From assembly GCA_965601925.1 (NCBI GenBank), contig OZ271854.1, positions 2,848,001 through 2,912,000 of the forward strand: a stretch of DNA of 64,000 nt, in the 5' to 3' direction. The position numbers and the translations under genes were made by a program. Shown here piece after piece: positions 46,125 through 58,982 of this stretch (positions are counted from its first letter, which is position 1; each line of letters starts with the position of its first letter). Below the pieces are notes generated by a model that saw nothing but the letters and a program-made list of their open reading frames with translations, did not search any database and had not been told where the DNA came from. This DNA comes from Alkalispirochaeta sp. (GTDB lineage Bacteria; Spirochaetota; Spirochaetia; DSM-27196; Alkalispirochaetaceae).

Positions 46125-46502
46125 ATGCCAACGATCAATCAACTGATCCGAAAAGGACGCAGTAAACAGAAAAAAGGGACCAAATCACCGGCCCTGCAGA
46201 GTTGCCCGCAGAAGCGTGGCGTCTGCACCCGGGTGATGACCGTAACTCCCAAAAAACCGAACTCGGCTTTGCGGAAAGTCGCGCGTGTTCGACTCCCCTC
46301 TACGGGAGTCGAGGTGACCGCCTACATCCCGGGTATCGGACATAACCTTCAGGAGCACTCCGTCGTGTTGATTCGGGGTGGTCGTGTCAAGGATCTGCCC
46401 GGTGTGCGGTATCACATCGTGCGCGGTACCAAGGACACGCTGGGTGTCGAGGATCGCCGCAAAGGGCGGTCCAAGTACGGGACTAAGCGGCCCAAGGCGT
46501 AG
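46125..46502 (+). CDS. rpsL: 30S ribosomal protein S12
   Basis: [31 protein letters not shown]. Confidence 0.98.
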   Translation: MPTINQLIRKGRSKQKKGTKSPALQSCPQKRGVCTRVMTVTPKKPNSALRKVARVRLPSTGVEVTAYIPGIGHNLQEHSVVLIRGGRVKDLPGVRYHIVRGTKDTLGVEDRRKGRSKYGTKRPKA

Positions 46503-46517
46503 TAGGAGCACGAAGCA

Positions 46518-46991
46518 ATGCCGAGACGTCATATACCACAGAGAAAACCCCCGCTTCCCGATCCGATCCACAACGACGTTACCGTATCGCGATTCGTAAA
46601 TCGGATGATGTTGGACGGGAAACGTTCGGTGAGCCAGGCGATCATCCATGAAGCCATGGCTGAGTTGGAGCGTAAGGTTACCGACAAGAAGCCCGTTGAG
46701 GTGTTCCTCAAGGCTCTTGAGAACGTCAAGCCGATGCTCGAGGTAAAGAGTCGCCGAGTCGGTGGGTCGACCTATCAGGTCCCCGTTGAGATACGCGACG
46801 GCCGTCGCGAGGCGTTGGCCATGCGATGGATCATCTCTGCGGCGCGTTCCCGAAGTGGTAAGTCCATGGGACAGCGCCTGAGCCAGGAGCTTCTCGACGC
46901 CTACAACAGCACGGGGACCGCGTTCAAGAAAAAAGAGGATACGCACCGAATGGCGGAGGCCAATAAGGCCTTCTCCCATTATCGCTGGTAG
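46518..46991 (+). CDS. rpsG: 30S ribosomal protein S7
   Basis: RRVGGSTYQVP, HRMAEANKAFSHYRW. Confidence 0.98.
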   Translation: MPRRHIPQRKPPLPDPIHNDVTVSRFVNRMMLDGKRSVSQAIIHEAMAELERKVTDKKPVEVFLKALENVKPMLEVKSRRVGGSTYQVPVEIRDGRREALAMRWIISAARSRSGKSMGQRLSQELLDAYNSTGTAFKKKEDTHRMAEANKAFSHYRW

Positions 46992-47174
46992 GGGATGACA
47001 TCGCCGCGAGCGTATGGTATGCTCGCAGCGTTACACTGATTTGGGATTATGTGTCGCGTCGAGATCCGGCGCGACAAACTGGTCCTAAGGAGCCAAACCG
47101 ACCGGTCTTGCGCCGGAGAGGTGGCGACGAACGCGCTCGGTCGTTGATCGAGCTACACTTCGCCCTGTGTGTCC

Positions 47175-47204
47175 TTGACAACAAGGATGCAGCTTCTTTA
47201 TAAT
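47175..47204 (+). promoter_or_regulatory. Consensus sigma70 promoter for tuf / S10 operon
   Basis: TTGACA-18 bp-TATAAT about 105 bp upstream of tuf. Confidence 0.8.
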
Positions 47205-47310
47205 CCAGCTTCCAAATCAGCGCATCTGGTAAGGTTTGGGCCTTTTCCAGTGCGTCCGGAACACACATCACATTGATTTTCGTCGTTGTAACGTTGCAAG
47301 GAGGACGACA

Positions 47311-48501
<1,191 letters not shown>

Positions 48502-48517
48502 CAGGCTGCGAGGCCCG

Positions 48518-48557
48518 TTAAGCCTTGTTGTGAAAGCAACGAGGCTTAATTTTTTTT
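48518..48557 (+). terminator. Intrinsic terminator/attenuator between tuf and rpsJ
   Basis: ttaagccttgttg-tgaaag-caacgaggcttaa followed by T8. Confidence 0.8.
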
Positions 48558-48570
48558 CTTTGGAGGAATC

Positions 48571-48879
48571 ATGCCTGGCGAAAAAATCCGGGTCCGGCTG
48601 CGCGGTTTTGATGTACAGCTTGTAGACCAGAGCGCGTCGTCGATCGTTCAGACGGTACAGAAGGCGGGAGCGAACGTCTCAGGGCCGATCCCGCTTCCGA
48701 CGCGCATCAATAAATACACGGTGCTTCGGTCGCCCCATGTGAACAAAAAGTCGCGTGAACAATTTGAGATGCGGACGCACAAGCGGCTGATCGACATCAT
48801 CGAGCCCTCCTCCGCGGTTATGGACTCGCTCATGAAGCTCGAGCTCCCCGCCGGTGTGGACGTCGAGATCAAGCAGTAA
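48571..48879 (+). CDS. rpsJ: 30S ribosomal protein S10
   Basis: [27 protein letters not shown]. Confidence 0.98.
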   Translation: MPGEKIRVRLRGFDVQLVDQSASSIVQTVQKAGANVSGPIPLPTRINKYTVLRSPHVNKKSREQFEMRTHKRLIDIIEPSSAVMDSLMKLELPAGVDVEIKQ

Positions 48880-48891
48880 CAGGAAGTAGTA

Positions 48892-49524
48892 ATGGTTGGT
48901 CTTATTGGGAAAAAGGTCGGTATGACCCAAGTGTTCGACGAGTCGGGGCAGTTGGTTCCGGTAACCGTGCTCAAAGTCGAGCCCAATCTTGTGGTGCAGC
49001 ACCGGACGGTAGAAAAAGACGGGTACTCCGCCGTCGTGCTGGGTTCCGAGGCGCGAAAGCCGTCTCGTATGACGCGCCCTATGCTCGGTCAGTTCGGCGA
49101 CGGCATCCAGCCGCGTAAGAACCTCTTCGAGTTTCGCGATTTCGGTCACGAGTGCAAGGTCGGTGACGAGCTGACTCTCGACCTGTTCGAGAACGTTTCC
49201 TTTGTCGATGTCATCGGCACCAGCAAGGGAAAGGGATATCAAGGCGTTATGAAGCGCCACGGTTTCGGCGGTGGTCGTAAAACGCACGGCTCGAAGTTCC
49301 ATCGTGCCAACGGATCGACCGGTATGGCCGCCTACCCCTCGAAAGTCATCAAGGGAACGAAGATGGCCGGCCGTATGGGTGCTGCGCGTACCACCGTCCT
49401 CAATTTGCGTGTGGTAGAGATCGATGCGGAGACGCAGACGATGCTCGTTCGAGGCGCCGTCCCCGGCAAGAACAACGCCGTTGTTCGCATCAGGCCGGCG
49501 GTCAAGAGAACGTACGTCGGTTGA
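48892..49524 (+). CDS. rplC: 50S ribosomal protein L3
   Basis: [21 protein letters not shown]. Confidence 0.97.
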   Translation: MVGLIGKKVGMTQVFDESGQLVPVTVLKVEPNLVVQHRTVEKDGYSAVVLGSEARKPSRMTRPMLGQFGDGIQPRKNLFEFRDFGHECKVGDELTLDLFENVSFVDVIGTSKGKGYQGVMKRHGFGGGRKTHGSKFHRANGSTGMAAYPSKVIKGTKMAGRMGAARTTVLNLRVVEIDAETQTMLVRGAVPGKNNAVVRIRPAVKRTYVG

Positions 49525-49538
49525 GCGAGGGTTGATGT

Positions 49539-50171
49539 ATGGATACGAAAGTACTTTCAACGGCCGGTAAAGAGCTGCGTTCGGTGACACTGGATGACGC
49601 GGTATTCGGTCGTGATGTGAGCGAAGGCGCGATCTATCACGCTATTCGCAATGAGCTGGCCAACGCGCGAGTCGGTACCGCATCGACCAAGACGCGGGGG
49701 TTGGTTAAGTTCAGCGGCCGTAAGCCGTGGCGTCAAAAGGGTACGGGACGTGCTCGGGCCGGTACCCGCAGATCGCCGATTTGGGTCGGTGGTGGTACCA
49801 TCTTCGGCCCGCAGCCGCGAGACTACAGCTATCGTCTTCCTCGGAAGATGAAGCGTGTGGCGATCCACTCTATTTTGTCGCAGAAGGCGAACGCCGGTGA
49901 TCTTTTGGTGGTCGAAGATTTCACGATTGAGAGCGGCAAGACCCGCGATATGGTCTCGGCGCTCCGTGGTGTGACCGATGCCAAGCGCGTCGTGCTCGTA
50001 ACCAAAGAGGACGACGCGATGCTTAAGAGGTCGGCGCGCAATATCCCGTGGCTGCGATACCTCAATTGGAATCGTCTGCGGGCTCACGATCTCTTTTATG
50101 CACACAAGATCGTTTTTATGGAGTCGGCCGCAAAGTCGTTGGGAGCCTCAGTGCAGGGAGGAAACGCATGA
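49539..50171 (+). CDS. rplD: 50S ribosomal protein L4
   Basis: KPWRQKGTGRARAG, GGGTIFGPQPRDY. Confidence 0.97.
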   Translation: MDTKVLSTAGKELRSVTLDDAVFGRDVSEGAIYHAIRNELANARVGTASTKTRGLVKFSGRKPWRQKGTGRARAGTRRSPIWVGGGTIFGPQPRDYSYRLPRKMKRVAIHSILSQKANAGDLLVVEDFTIESGKTRDMVSALRGVTDAKRVVLVTKEDDAMLKRSARNIPWLRYLNWNRLRAHDLFYAHKIVFMESAAKSLGASVQGGNA

Positions 50172-50452
50172 ATCCCGAGCAGATCGTGATTGCGCCGATT
50201 CTGACCGAGAAGAGTAACGAGCAGCGGGAGGCGGGGGTATACACCTTTCGCGTCGATCCGCGAGCCAACAAGATTGAGATCAAGAAGGCGGTTTCGACGT
50301 TGTTTAACGTCCACGCCGTCGATTGCCGCGTGGTTAACGTAAAAGGAAAGCCGAAGCGCGCTCGAATGGTCAAGGGGACGACCTCTTCTTGGAAGAAGGC
50401 GGTTGTAACGCTGGCCGACGGCGAACGAATCAGCATTTTCGAAGGCGCGTAG
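50168..50452 (+). CDS. rplW: 50S ribosomal protein L23
   Basis: [25 protein letters not shown]. Confidence 0.95.
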   Translation: MNPEQIVIAPILTEKSNEQREAGVYTFRVDPRANKIEIKKAVSTLFNVHAVDCRVVNVKGKPKRARMVKGTTSSWKKAVVTLADGERISIFEGA

Positions 50453-50463
50453 GAGTAAGAAAG

Positions 50464-51288
50464 ATGGCGATAAAGACCTATAAGCCGATTACGCCCGGCT
50501 TGCGGTTTAAGACGACACTGAAGAATGACGAGCTTACCGAGAAGGCTCCGGAAAAGAGTCTCACGAAGGGTTCGGCGTTTCGAGCCGGCCGTGATAACAA
50601 TGGGCGTATCAGTGTTCGTCGCAGGGGTGGCCGAAACAAGCGTAAGTATCGGACCATCGATTTCGTGCGGGACAAAGTCGGGGTGCCGGCGACGGTCGCC
50701 TCGATCGAGTACGATCCGAATCGGAGTGCCAACATCGCACTGTTGCACTATGCCGACGGAGAGAAGCGATACATTCTCGCTCCCAAGGGGCTCAAGCAGG
50801 GTGATGTTGTAGAAAACGGCCCGCAGGCCGAGCCGAAATCCGGCAATAGCATGCCCCTTATGAATATTCCCGTCGGTACGGTCGTACACAACGTGGAGCT
50901 ACAGTTGGGGCGCGGTGGACAGCTCGCCCGCTCGGCCGGCGTTTCGGCGACGATCGTCGCGGCGGAGGGCGACTACGTTACGGTGCGCCTCCCGTCCGGT
51001 GAGATGAGAATGGTGTTTAAGCGCTGCCGTGCGACCGTCGGTGTCGTCGGAAACGAGGATCACATGAATGTGAGCCTCGGAAAGGCCGGCCGTTCCCGCT
51101 GGCTCGGTCGCCGGCCCAAAGTTCGCGGTGTCGTCATGAATCCGGTGGACCATCCGCACGGCGGTGGTGAGGGTCGCACCAGTGGCGGTCGGCATCCCGT
51201 TTCGCCCTGGGGCACTCCGACAAAGGGTTACAAGACCCGTAAGAAGCGGAAGTCCTCCGGCAAGTTTATCGTTAAGAAGCGAAAGTAG
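50464..51288 (+). CDS. rplB: 50S ribosomal protein L2
   Basis: [25 protein letters not shown]. Confidence 0.98.
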   Translation: MAIKTYKPITPGLRFKTTLKNDELTEKAPEKSLTKGSAFRAGRDNNGRISVRRRGGRNKRKYRTIDFVRDKVGVPATVASIEYDPNRSANIALLHYADGEKRYILAPKGLKQGDVVENGPQAEPKSGNSMPLMNIPVGTVVHNVELQLGRGGQLARSAGVSATIVAAEGDYVTVRLPSGEMRMVFKRCRATVGVVGNEDHMNVSLGKAGRSRWLGRRPKVRGVVMNPVDHPHGGGEGRTSGGRHPVSPWGTPTKGYKTRKKRKSSGKFIVKKRK

Positions 51289-51297
51289 GAGTCTGGC

Positions 51298-51579
51298 GTG
51301 TCACGTTCTATCAAAAAGGGCCCGTTTATCGAGAAGAGTCTCTATAGCCGCGTGCTGGAGATGAATAAGTCGGGCGAGAAGCGGATGATTAAGACCTACT
51401 CGAGGACGTCAACCATCATTCCGGAAATGGTCGGGTTGACCATCTCGGTATACAACGGAAAAGCGTGGGTGCCGGTTTACGTCACGGAGAATCTCGTCGG
51501 GCATAAGCTCGGTGAGTTCTCCCCGACGCGATTGTTCCGCGGACACGCGGGCTCGGACAAAAAAGCCGGTAAGCGGTAG
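51298..51579 (+). CDS. rpsS: 30S ribosomal protein S19
   Basis: [20 protein letters not shown]. Confidence 0.97.
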   Translation: MSRSIKKGPFIEKSLYSRVLEMNKSGEKRMIKTYSRTSTIIPEMVGLTISVYNGKAWVPVYVTENLVGHKLGEFSPTRLFRGHAGSDKKAGKR

Positions 51580-51590
51580 AGGGTTGAGAG

Positions 51591-51941
51591 ATGGGATATA
51601 GGGCAGAAGCGAAGTTCGTTCGTATTTCGCCGTTCAAGGCGCGTCGCGTCGCGGATATCGTGCGCCTCCGGCCGTATCCGGAAGCCGTGGCGATTCTCAA
51701 TAACTTGCCGAACAAGGGCGCGCATCTGATCCGGAAGGTTATTCAATCGGCGGCCGCAAACGCGCTGAGCAATAACCGTAATCTGGACGAGCAGATGCTC
51801 TACGTGAGTGAGTTGTACATAAACGAAGGGCCGCGAATGAAGCGTTTGTGGGTTCGCGGTCGAGGCCGCGCCGATATGCTTCTCAAGCGCATGAGTCACA
51901 TCACTGCGGTTGTCGATCGGATCGGACAGGCGGGAGAGTAA
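51591..51941 (+). CDS. rplV: 50S ribosomal protein L22
   Basis: [20 protein letters not shown]. Confidence 0.96.
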   Translation: MGYRAEAKFVRISPFKARRVADIVRLRPYPEAVAILNNLPNKGAHLIRKVIQSAAANALSNNRNLDEQMLYVSELYINEGPRMKRLWVRGRGRADMLLKRMSHITAVVDRIGQAGE

Positions 51942-51942
51942 A

Positions 51943-52647
51943 GTGGGACAGAAAGTTAATCCGTACGGCCTGCGTTTGGGCATTAACAAGACGTGGCGCT
52001 CCAAGTGGTATGTCGACCCCAGGGAGTACGCCAATACGCTCCACGAAGACCTGAAGTTGCGGAAGGTGCTGTACAGCGCGCCGGAGGCGCGGAGTGCCGA
52101 TATCGCGGAGGTCGAGATTATTCGTCATCCCCAGCGGATTACGTTGGTCATTCATACCTCCAGACCCGGTGTGATCATCGGTACCAAAGGGTCCAATATC
52201 GAGAAGATCGGTGCCCGCCTGCAAAAGGCCGCCGGTAAGAAGATCCAGATCAAGATCAAAGAGATTAAGCGTCCCGAGACGCACGCTCAGGTCGTGGCGC
52301 TCAATATAGCGCGACAGCTCAGGTCCCGGTCTTCATTCCGGCGGACGCTCAAGATGGCGGTCAACAACGCGATGAAGGCCGGTGTGCAAGGCATTAAGAT
52401 CCACATCGCCGGGCGTTTGGGCGGTGCGGAGATGTCCAGAGCCGAGCAGCAAAAAGCGGGACGTGTTCCGTTGCACACGCTGCGTGCGAACGTCGACTAC
52501 GGATTCGCCGAGTCGTTTACCACCTTCGGTACCATCGGTGTCAAAGTGTGGATGTTCCACGGCGAGGCGCTTAACCGCGAGACGAAGCAGGATGCCGGCG
52601 CGATCGTGAGGAAGCGCCGTGAGCGCGGCGCCGAGAGGAGTGCCTGA
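51943..52647 (+). CDS. rpsC: 30S ribosomal protein S3
   Basis: [30 protein letters not shown]. Confidence 0.97.
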   Translation: MGQKVNPYGLRLGINKTWRSKWYVDPREYANTLHEDLKLRKVLYSAPEARSADIAEVEIIRHPQRITLVIHTSRPGVIIGTKGSNIEKIGARLQKAAGKKIQIKIKEIKRPETHAQVVALNIARQLRSRSSFRRTLKMAVNNAMKAGVQGIKIHIAGRLGGAEMSRAEQQKAGRVPLHTLRANVDYGFAESFTTFGTIGVKVWMFHGEALNRETKQDAGAIVRKRRERGAERSA

Positions 52648-53072
52648 TGCTGAGTCCAAAGAGAGTTCGATTCAGAAAGCGGCAGCGGCGCGTCAATCGC
52701 AGTTTGCGCGGCACAGCCCAAAGAGGTAACAGAGTCTCTTTCGGAGACTTCGGTCTGGTCGCGTTGGAAGGTGAGTGGATCACCAACCGACAGATCGAAG
52801 CTGCGCGTGTTGCGATGACACGTAAGATCAAGCGCGGCGGTAAAGTCTGGATTCGTATTTTCCCGGACGTGCCGTACACCAAGAAGCCCGCCGAAACGCG
52901 GATGGGTAAAGGTAAGGGTAACCCCGAGTACTGGGTCGCCTCGGTAAAGGCCGGCACGGTGATGTTCGAGCTGGCGGGCGTTGCTCGGGAGCTTGCCGAG
53001 GACGCCATGACGTTGGCGGCCAGCAAGCTGCCGATCAAGACGCGGTTCGTTGTGCGTAAGGGGGTTGAGTAA
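52647..53072 (+). CDS. rplP: 50S ribosomal protein L16
   Basis: [15 protein letters not shown]. Confidence 0.97.
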   Translation: MLSPKRVRFRKRQRRVNRSLRGTAQRGNRVSFGDFGLVALEGEWITNRQIEAARVAMTRKIKRGGKVWIRIFPDVPYTKKPAETRMGKGKGNPEYWVASVKAGTVMFELAGVARELAEDAMTLAASKLPIKTRFVVRKGVE

Positions 53073-53073
53073 G

Positions 53074-53286
53074 ATGCGTAACTCTTTCAAAGACCTGACC
53101 TTCGAAGAGCTCGTCGCAAAACGAGAGGAGCTGCGGCGCAAGTATCTCGACGCCCGCATCAACAAGGTCGTCGGCAACGTCGACAACCCGATCGAGGTCC
53201 GTACCGTGCGGCGGCAGATTGCGCGACTCAATACCCTGATATACAACCACGCCGATGTGGCCGCGGTTGAACAGGAGGCCAACTAA
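53074..53286 (+). CDS. rpmC: 50S ribosomal protein L29
   Basis: Position in the S10 operon; RRQIARLNT. Confidence 0.92.
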   Translation: MRNSFKDLTFEELVAKREELRRKYLDARINKVVGNVDNPIEVRTVRRQIARLNTLIYNHADVAAVEQEAN

Positions 53287-53555
53287 TGGCGACGGAGACG
53301 ATCAAGACGCTCGGAAAGCGAGTGTTTCAGGGTCGCGTAGTAAGCGACAAGATGGATAAGACGATCGTGGTCCTGGTTGAGGGACGTCAGGTCCATCCGC
53401 TGTACAAGAAGTACGTGCGTTTTTCAAAGAAGTTGAAGGCTCATGATGAGACGAACGACGCTCACATCGGTGACACGGTGCGCGTTGTCGAGTCTCGGCC
53501 GATCAGTAAAGACAAGTGTTGGCGACTGTTTGAGATCGTCGAACGGGCACGCTAA
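53286..53555 (+). CDS. rpsQ: 30S ribosomal protein S17
   Basis: [24 protein letters not shown]. Confidence 0.97.
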   Translation: MATETIKTLGKRVFQGRVVSDKMDKTIVVLVEGRQVHPLYKKYVRFSKKLKAHDETNDAHIGDTVRVVESRPISKDKCWRLFEIVERAR

Positions 53556-53575
53556 GAGGCGCTGAGGACAGGGTA

Positions 53576-53944
53576 ATGATTCAGACACAAACCTATTTGA
53601 ATGTCGCCGATAACAGCGGTGCGAAACGGGTTCAGTGCATTAAGATTCTCGGCGGAAGTAAGCGTAAGTACGCCTCGGTGGGCGATGTAATCGTCGTCGC
53701 CGTGAAAGATGCGTTGCCCAACGCCCCCGTAAAAAAGGGTACCGTTGAGCGCGCCGTGATCGTTCGAACGACGAAAGAGTTCCGCCGACCCGACGGCACA
53801 TATATTCGATTCGATGACAACGCATGCGTCATCATCGATAAGACGCACAACCCCAAGGGTAAGCGTATCTTCGGCCCCGTAGCACGCGAGCTTCGATATT
53901 TGGATTACATGAAGATCGTGGCGCTCGCCCCCGAGGTGTTGTAG
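53576..53944 (+). CDS. rplN: 50S ribosomal protein L14
   Basis: [24 protein letters not shown]. Confidence 0.98.
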   Translation: MIQTQTYLNVADNSGAKRVQCIKILGGSKRKYASVGDVIVVAVKDALPNAPVKKGTVERAVIVRTTKEFRRPDGTYIRFDDNACVIIDKTHNPKGKRIFGPVARELRYLDYMKIVALAPEVL

Positions 53945-53955
53945 GAGCGTTCGGT

Positions 53956-54264
53956 ATGAAGACGAAACTGAAGAAAGACGACACGGTAATGGTCGTCGCC
54001 GGTAAGGACAAGGGAAAAACCGGTCGGGTACTGCGAATCGACCGGGAGAAGGGACGGGTTCTCGTCGAGGGTGTCAACATGGTCAAGAAGGCTCAGCGCA
54101 AGCGAAGCCAGGAAGAGACCGGCGGCATCATCGAGAAGGAGGCTCCCATCGCCGTATCGAACGTGATGTTCGTCGGTAAGAATGGTCGTCCCACGCGACT
54201 CGGATATCGTATCGAAGGAAGCGAGAAGGTCCGATTCGCGAAGAAGACGGGAGAGACGGTCTGA
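53956..54264 (+). CDS. rplX: 50S ribosomal protein L24
   Basis: [17 protein letters not shown]. Confidence 0.97.
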   Translation: MKTKLKKDDTVMVVAGKDKGKTGRVLRIDREKGRVLVEGVNMVKKAQRKRSQEETGGIIEKEAPIAVSNVMFVGKNGRPTRLGYRIEGSEKVRFAKKTGETV

Positions 54265-54815
54265 TGGCTGAACACGTACCGATGTTGAAACAGCAGTACT
54301 ACGACACGACCAAGGGCGCCTTGATGGAGGAGTTCGGCTACAAGTCCGTCATGCAGGTTCCCTCGCTCGAGAAGATCGTATTGAGCATGGGCGTGGGCGA
54401 CGCGATCGACAACAAGAAAGCGTTGGAGAGCGCTCAGAACGAGCTCTCTCTCATCGCCGGTCAACGCGCCGTTCGCACGCGGGCGAAGAAGTCCATCTCC
54501 AACTTTAAGCTTCGCGAAGGTATGGAGATCGGTGCGAAGGTAACGCTTCGACAGAACCGCATGTGGGAGTTCCTCGGTCGTTTGGTGAACATTGCATTGC
54601 CGCGTGTTAAGGACTTTCGCGGCATTAATCCCAACGGGTTTGACGGACACGGTAATTACTCGCTGGGCATCACCGAGCATATCATCTTTCCGGAGATCGA
54701 CTACGATAAGATCGATCAAATTACCGGGCTCAATGTGGTGATCGTTACGACGGCGAAGACCGATCAGGAAGCGCGGGCGCTGTTGACCAAGCTGAACCTG
54801 CCGTTCAGGAAGTAA
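54264..54815 (+). CDS. rplE: 50S ribosomal protein L5
   Basis: [20 protein letters not shown]. Confidence 0.97.
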   Translation: MAEHVPMLKQQYYDTTKGALMEEFGYKSVMQVPSLEKIVLSMGVGDAIDNKKALESAQNELSLIAGQRAVRTRAKKSISNFKLREGMEIGAKVTLRQNRMWEFLGRLVNIALPRVKDFRGINPNGFDGHGNYSLGITEHIIFPEIDYDKIDQITGLNVVIVTTAKTDQEARALLTKLNLPFRK

Positions 54816-54828
54816 GGAAGAGGGGCTT

Positions 54829-55014
54829 ATGGCTAAGAAATCGATGATTATCAAGGCGCAACGCAAGCCGAAGTACACGACGCGGCGCGTCAATCGGTGC
54901 CGGATATGTGGGCGACCTCGCGGATATCTGCGGAAGTTTCAGATGTGCCGTATCTGTTTCCGAAAGTTGGCGAGCGAGGGTCTGATCCCCGGTGTCACGA
55001 AGTCGAGCTGGTAG
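54829..55014 (+). CDS. rpsZ: 30S ribosomal protein S14, Zn-binding short (C+) type
   Basis: [10 protein letters not shown]...MCRICFR; 61 aa. Confidence 0.95.
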   Translation: MAKKSMIIKAQRKPKYTTRRVNRCRICGRPRGYLRKFQMCRICFRKLASEGLIPGVTKSSW

Positions 55015-55023
55015 GAGATAAAG

Positions 55024-55422
55024 ATGAGTGTTTCTGATCCCGTAGCTGACATGCTGACCAAACTTCGGAACGCATGTATGGCCAAGTTCGAGAAGGTGGA
55101 CGTGGCACCGTCCAAACTCAAACTTGAGATCATCAAGATTCTGAAGAACGAAGGCTACATAAAAAACTTTAAGAAGATGGCTCAGGAAGACAACGAGGTC
55201 ATCAGAGTCTTCCTGAAGTACGACGACAGTCAGGAACCGGTCATTCACGGTATCCAGAAGATTTCCACTCCCGGCCGACGGGTGTACACGGGGTATCGGA
55301 AGATGCCGCGCGTTCTCAACGGGTACGGTACCTTGATTGTCTCTACCTCGACGGGCGTCACGACCGGTCGTAAGGCCGCCGAACGGCGGGTCGGCGGTGA
55401 GCTGATCTGCTCGGTGTGGTGA
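55024..55422 (+). CDS. rpsH: 30S ribosomal protein S8
   Basis: [24 protein letters not shown]. Confidence 0.97.
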   Translation: MSVSDPVADMLTKLRNACMAKFEKVDVAPSKLKLEIIKILKNEGYIKNFKKMAQEDNEVIRVFLKYDDSQEPVIHGIQKISTPGRRVYTGYRKMPRVLNGYGTLIVSTSTGVTTGRKAAERRVGGELICSVW

Positions 55423-55435
55423 GGAGCGTTTCGTA

Positions 55436-55975
55436 ATGTCTCGAGTGGGAAAAATGCCGATTACGATTCCCCAGGGCGTGACCGTTGACGTATCCGGCGG
55501 GAACGTCACGGTGAAGGGTCCGAAGGGCGAGTTGAGTCAAGATGTTCGTCCCGAGGTGACCGTCGTTGTCGAGGATAACACGGTAGTCGTGAACCGAAAG
55601 ACCGAAGACAAGAAGGCGCGCGGTTTCCACGGGTTGTATCGTCAGCTGATCAACAACATGGTCTCCGGAGTCTCCGAGGGTTTTTCACGTAGCCTTTTGA
55701 TTAACGGAGTCGGATATCGGGCCGAGGTGCAGGGAAAGAGTGTTATGCTCAACCTCGGGTACAGTAACCCGATCGAGTTCGTCATTCCCGAGGGAATCGT
55801 CGTCGAAGTCGACGGCCCCAACAAGCTGGTCATCAAGGGAATCGACAAGCAGTTGGTCGGAAAGGTCGCCTCGGAGATCCGCAAGATTCGACCACCCGAG
55901 CCGTACAAAGGCAAGGGCGTCAAGTACGAGAACGAGCACATTCGACGCAAGGTCGGCAAGTCGGGTATTAAGTAG
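55436..55975 (+). CDS. rplF: 50S ribosomal protein L6
   Basis: MSRVGK, GVGYRA, PPEPYKGKG. Confidence 0.97.
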   Translation: MSRVGKMPITIPQGVTVDVSGGNVTVKGPKGELSQDVRPEVTVVVEDNTVVVNRKTEDKKARGFHGLYRQLINNMVSGVSEGFSRSLLINGVGYRAEVQGKSVMLNLGYSNPIEFVIPEGIVVEVDGPNKLVIKGIDKQLVGKVASEIRKIRPPEPYKGKGVKYENEHIRRKVGKSGIK

Positions 55976-55989
55976 CAGGTTGGTGTGGT

Positions 55990-56349
55990 ATGAAACGAGT
56001 CATTGAGAAAAACCGTCGACGCACAAAGCGTAAGACCCGAATCAGAGGCAAGATTTCCGGCACCGCCGCGCGGCCCCGGTTGAGCGTCTTCCGGTCCAAC
56101 AAGAATCTTTACGTGCAGGCGATCGACGATCAGAGCGGGCACACGATTCTGTCCGTCTCCAGCGTGAGCGGCGATCTCAAAGGGTTGAAGCCCAATGCCG
56201 AGGACGCGGCCAAGATCGGCGAGACGTTCGGGAAGAAGCTCTTGGAATTGAACGTGTCCGAGGCGGTCTTTGATCGCAACGGATATCTGTATCACGGGGT
56301 GTTGAAAGCGCTCGCCGACGGTGCTCGCAAAGCCGGCGTAAAGTTCTAA
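55990..56349 (+). CDS. rplR: 50S ribosomal protein L18
   Basis: [20 protein letters not shown]. Confidence 0.97.
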   Translation: MKRVIEKNRRRTKRKTRIRGKISGTAARPRLSVFRSNKNLYVQAIDDQSGHTILSVSSVSGDLKGLKPNAEDAAKIGETFGKKLLELNVSEAVFDRNGYLYHGVLKALADGARKAGVKF

Positions 56350-56360
56350 GGGGTATTTCC

Positions 56361-56855
56361 GTGGATCATGGGATGGATAAAGAGTTTTCCGAAAAGTTGA
56401 TCAAACTGAACCGTGTCGCCAAGGTCGTAAAGGGCGGTCGTCGGTTCTCCTTCTCCGCCCTCGTCGTCGTGGGAGATCGCAACGGACGCGTGGGATACGG
56501 ATACGGGAAGGCCAACGACGTCTCCGAGGCGATTCGGAAGGGTGTTGACCGCGCCAAGCGCAGCATGATCGAGGTGCCGCGGCAGAAGCAGACGATCCCG
56601 CACGTCGTACGGGGCAAGTTTAAGAGCGCCAGCGTGCTTCTCAAGCCTGCCGCCCCCGGTACCGGCATTATTGCCGGCGGACCGGTGCGTGCGGTTCTGG
56701 AAGTCGGCGGCATTAACGACGTCTTGAGTAAGTCCATGGGGAGCCAAAACGCGATCAACGTCGTCAAGGCGGTGTTTGACGGTTTGACGAGCCTCATGCG
56801 CGGGCGCGAGGTCGCCCACAATCGCGGTAAAACGCTCAAAGCTATGTGGGGGTGA
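56361..56855 (+). CDS. rpsE: 30S ribosomal protein S5
   Basis: [26 protein letters not shown]. Start could be ATG 56373. Confidence 0.96.
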   Translation: MDHGMDKEFSEKLIKLNRVAKVVKGGRRFSFSALVVVGDRNGRVGYGYGKANDVSEAIRKGVDRAKRSMIEVPRQKQTIPHVVRGKFKSASVLLKPAAPGTGIIAGGPVRAVLEVGGINDVLSKSMGSQNAINVVKAVFDGLTSLMRGREVAHNRGKTLKAMWG

Positions 56856-56858
56856 GCG

Positions 56859-57038
56859 ATGAAGGTGAAGATCACGCTCGTACGGAGCCCCTTGGGAAGA
56901 AAGCCGAATCAAAGACGCACCGTGGAGGCATTGGGTCTTCGTAAGATCCGGCAGTCGGTCGTGAAGGAGTTGAACGATCCGATTCAGGGTATGATCAACA
57001 CGGTTGCACACTTGGTAAGTGTCGAGGAAGTGAAATGA
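56859..57038 (+). CDS. rpmD: 50S ribosomal protein L30 (59 aa, below the ORF-track cutoff)
   Basis: Hand translation [59 protein letters not shown]; lies between rpsE and rplO. Confidence 0.95.
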   Translation: MKVKITLVRSPLGRKPNQRRTVEALGLRKIRQSVVKELNDPIQGMINTVAHLVSVEEVK

Positions 57039-57508
57039 ACAGCATTCGCGTACCGGCCGGAGCGAACCGGCAGAGAAAGCGGTTAGGACGCGGTCCGGGC
57101 TCCGGTACCGGCAAGACCTCGGGTAAGGGACATAAGGGGCAAAACGCCCGTTCCGGCGGGGGAGTGCGACCCGGCTTTGAGGGTGGTCAGATGCCCTTAT
57201 ATCGCCGGATAGCCCGCCGCGGATTCTCCAACTACCGGTTCAAAGTGGAGTACGTGCCCGTCAATCTGGACGTGCTTTCCGCGCGCTACGACGCCAAAGC
57301 GGTGGTGGACATCGCCTCTCTCAAAGAGCACGGGCTCATCGGGCGCAACGTGACGCACGTCAAGATCCTGGGGCGCGGCGAGATCGATAAGGCGATCACC
57401 GTGCGCGGCTTGCGTGTTTCCGACGGAGCTCGAAAGAAGATCGAGGCCGCAGGCGGAAGCATCGAGCAGGTTGAGACACGAGACGCCGACGTTCCGTCGG
57501 AAGAGTAG
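57035..57508 (+). CDS. rplO: 50S ribosomal protein L15
   Basis: [27 protein letters not shown]. Confidence 0.97.
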   Translation: MNSIRVPAGANRQRKRLGRGPGSGTGKTSGKGHKGQNARSGGGVRPGFEGGQMPLYRRIARRGFSNYRFKVEYVPVNLDVLSARYDAKAVVDIASLKEHGLIGRNVTHVKILGRGEIDKAITVRGLRVSDGARKKIEAAGGSIEQVETRDADVPSEE

Positions 57509-57520
57509 AGGATAGCGTCG

Positions 57521-58846
57521 ATGGCATCGAATCCGATTGCTGACATTTTCAGAATTCGCGAGTTGCGTGACAGGGTGTTGTTTACCTTTTTCATGCTCGC
57601 TATTTTCCGCCTCGGCGCGGTTATTCCGATTCCGGGGATTAATCCCGGCGCACTTGAGTTCTTCTTCGCCACACAGCAGGGAAGCGGAGGCGTGTCGGTC
57701 ATAAACTATCTCGACTTCTTCGCCGGCGGGGCGTTCTCCAACTTCAGCATATTCATGTTGGGTATCATGCCCTATATCTCCACGTCGATCATCATGCAGC
57801 TCTTGTTGATCGTCTTTCCGGCGCTCAAGAGAATCTCCGAGGAAGAGGGCGGACGGAAGAAGATTCAACGGTATACCCGTTACGGTACGATCGTCGTGGC
57901 GCTCATTCAGTCGTTCGCGGTGACGCTCTACGCCGATAGCATTCCCAACGCGATTACGATTTCGCGCGGTCTGTACACTTTCGTGTCGATGCTTTCGGTC
58001 ACTGCAGGAACGATCTTCTTGATGTGGATGGGCGAGCAGATTAACCAACGCGGCATCGGAAACGGAATCTCTCTGATCATCTTCAGCGGAATCGTGGCTC
58101 GTATGCCCAACGCGTTCTGGCTCCTTCTGCGCATGGGGAGCAGCGGCGATATCAATCCGGTGTTCATTATCGTAGTATTGGTGATGTTCGTTGCCGTCAT
58201 CGCCCTTGTGGTATATGAGCAGCGCGGGCAACGGAAGATTCCGATCCATTACGCCAAACGGGTCGTCGGGCGCCGAATGTACACCGCGCCCAATACGTAT
58301 ATTCCGTTCAAGATCAATCCGTCGGGGGTTATCCCGGTCATCTTCGCCTCCAGCGTGCTGACCTTTCCCCTTCAGATCGCTCAAGGGTTGGGGTCCAACA
58401 TTGGGTGGTTGCAGCGCGTGGCGTTCGTCATGCGTGCCGACGGTGCGGCGTTCCAGATTATGAATACGCTACTTATTATTTTCTTTGCGTATTTCTATAC
58501 TCAGGTTACGCTCAACCCGATTGAGATATCAAAGAACATCCGCGAGAACGGCGGCTCGATTCCGGGTATTCGGAGTGAGAAGATGGAAGAGTACTTCACA
58601 CGGGTGCTCAACCGTATTATTCTGCCGGGCGCGCTGTTTCTCGCCTTTATTGCCGTAATACCGACCCTGATTCAGGGGCTGTTCAACATTCCGCCGCAGG
58701 TAGCATTCCTGCTTGGAGGAACGTCTTTGTTGATTATGGTCGGTGTGGATCTTGACCTGATGTCCCAGATCGAGGGACATCTACGGATGCATCATCACGA
58801 CGGTTTGACCAAGAAGGGTCGGATCAAGTCGCGACGCAGTCTGTGA
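57521..58846 (+). CDS. secY: Preprotein translocase SecY
   Basis: [42 protein letters not shown]. Confidence 0.98.
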   Translation: MASNPIADIFRIRELRDRVLFTFFMLAIFRLGAVIPIPGINPGALEFFFATQQGSGGVSVINYLDFFAGGAFSNFSIFMLGIMPYISTSIIMQLLLIVFPALKRISEEEGGRKKIQRYTRYGTIVVALIQSFAVTLYADSIPNAITISRGLYTFVSMLSVTAGTIFLMWMGEQINQRGIGNGISLIIFSGIVARMPNAFWLLLRMGSSGDINPVFIIVVLVMFVAVIALVVYEQRGQRKIPIHYAKRVVGRRMYTAPNTYIPFKINPSGVIPVIFASSVLTFPLQIAQGLGSNIGWLQRVAFVMRADGAAFQIMNTLLIIFFAYFYTQVTLNPIEISKNIRENGGSIPGIRSEKMEEYFTRVLNRIILPGALFLAFIAVIPTLIQGLFNIPPQVAFLLGGTSLLIMVGVDLDLMSQIEGHLRMHHHDGLTKKGRIKSRRSL

Positions 58847-58862
58847 TTCAAAGGATGGTCGT

Positions 58863-58979
58863 ATGAAAGTTCGTGCCAGTGTGAAACCGATTTGTGCTAA
58901 CTGTAAAGTTATCCGACGACGCGGTGTCGTGCGGGTGATTTGTACCAATCCCAAGCACAAACAGCGCCAGAAGGGGTAA
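58863..58979 (+). CDS. rpmJ: 50S ribosomal protein L36 (38 aa, C+ type, not in ORF track)
   Basis: Hand translation [38 protein letters not shown]. Confidence 0.96.
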   Translation: MKVRASVKPICANCKVIRRRGVVRVICTNPKHKQRQKG

Positions 58980-58982
58980 TTG

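Noticed and set aside
46285..46310. Apparent one-residue insertion in S12 (RLPSTG) and streptomycin-resistance check
   Set aside because: Minor loop variant; the K42 and K87 equivalents are wild type.
46992..47170. Possible fusA pseudogene remnant
   Set aside because: No EF-G motifs seen on inspection of the spacer.
57197..58384. 395-aa minus-strand ORF, and other long ORFs opposite ribosomal protein genes
   Set aside because: Antisense to secY/rplO and other clearly real genes.
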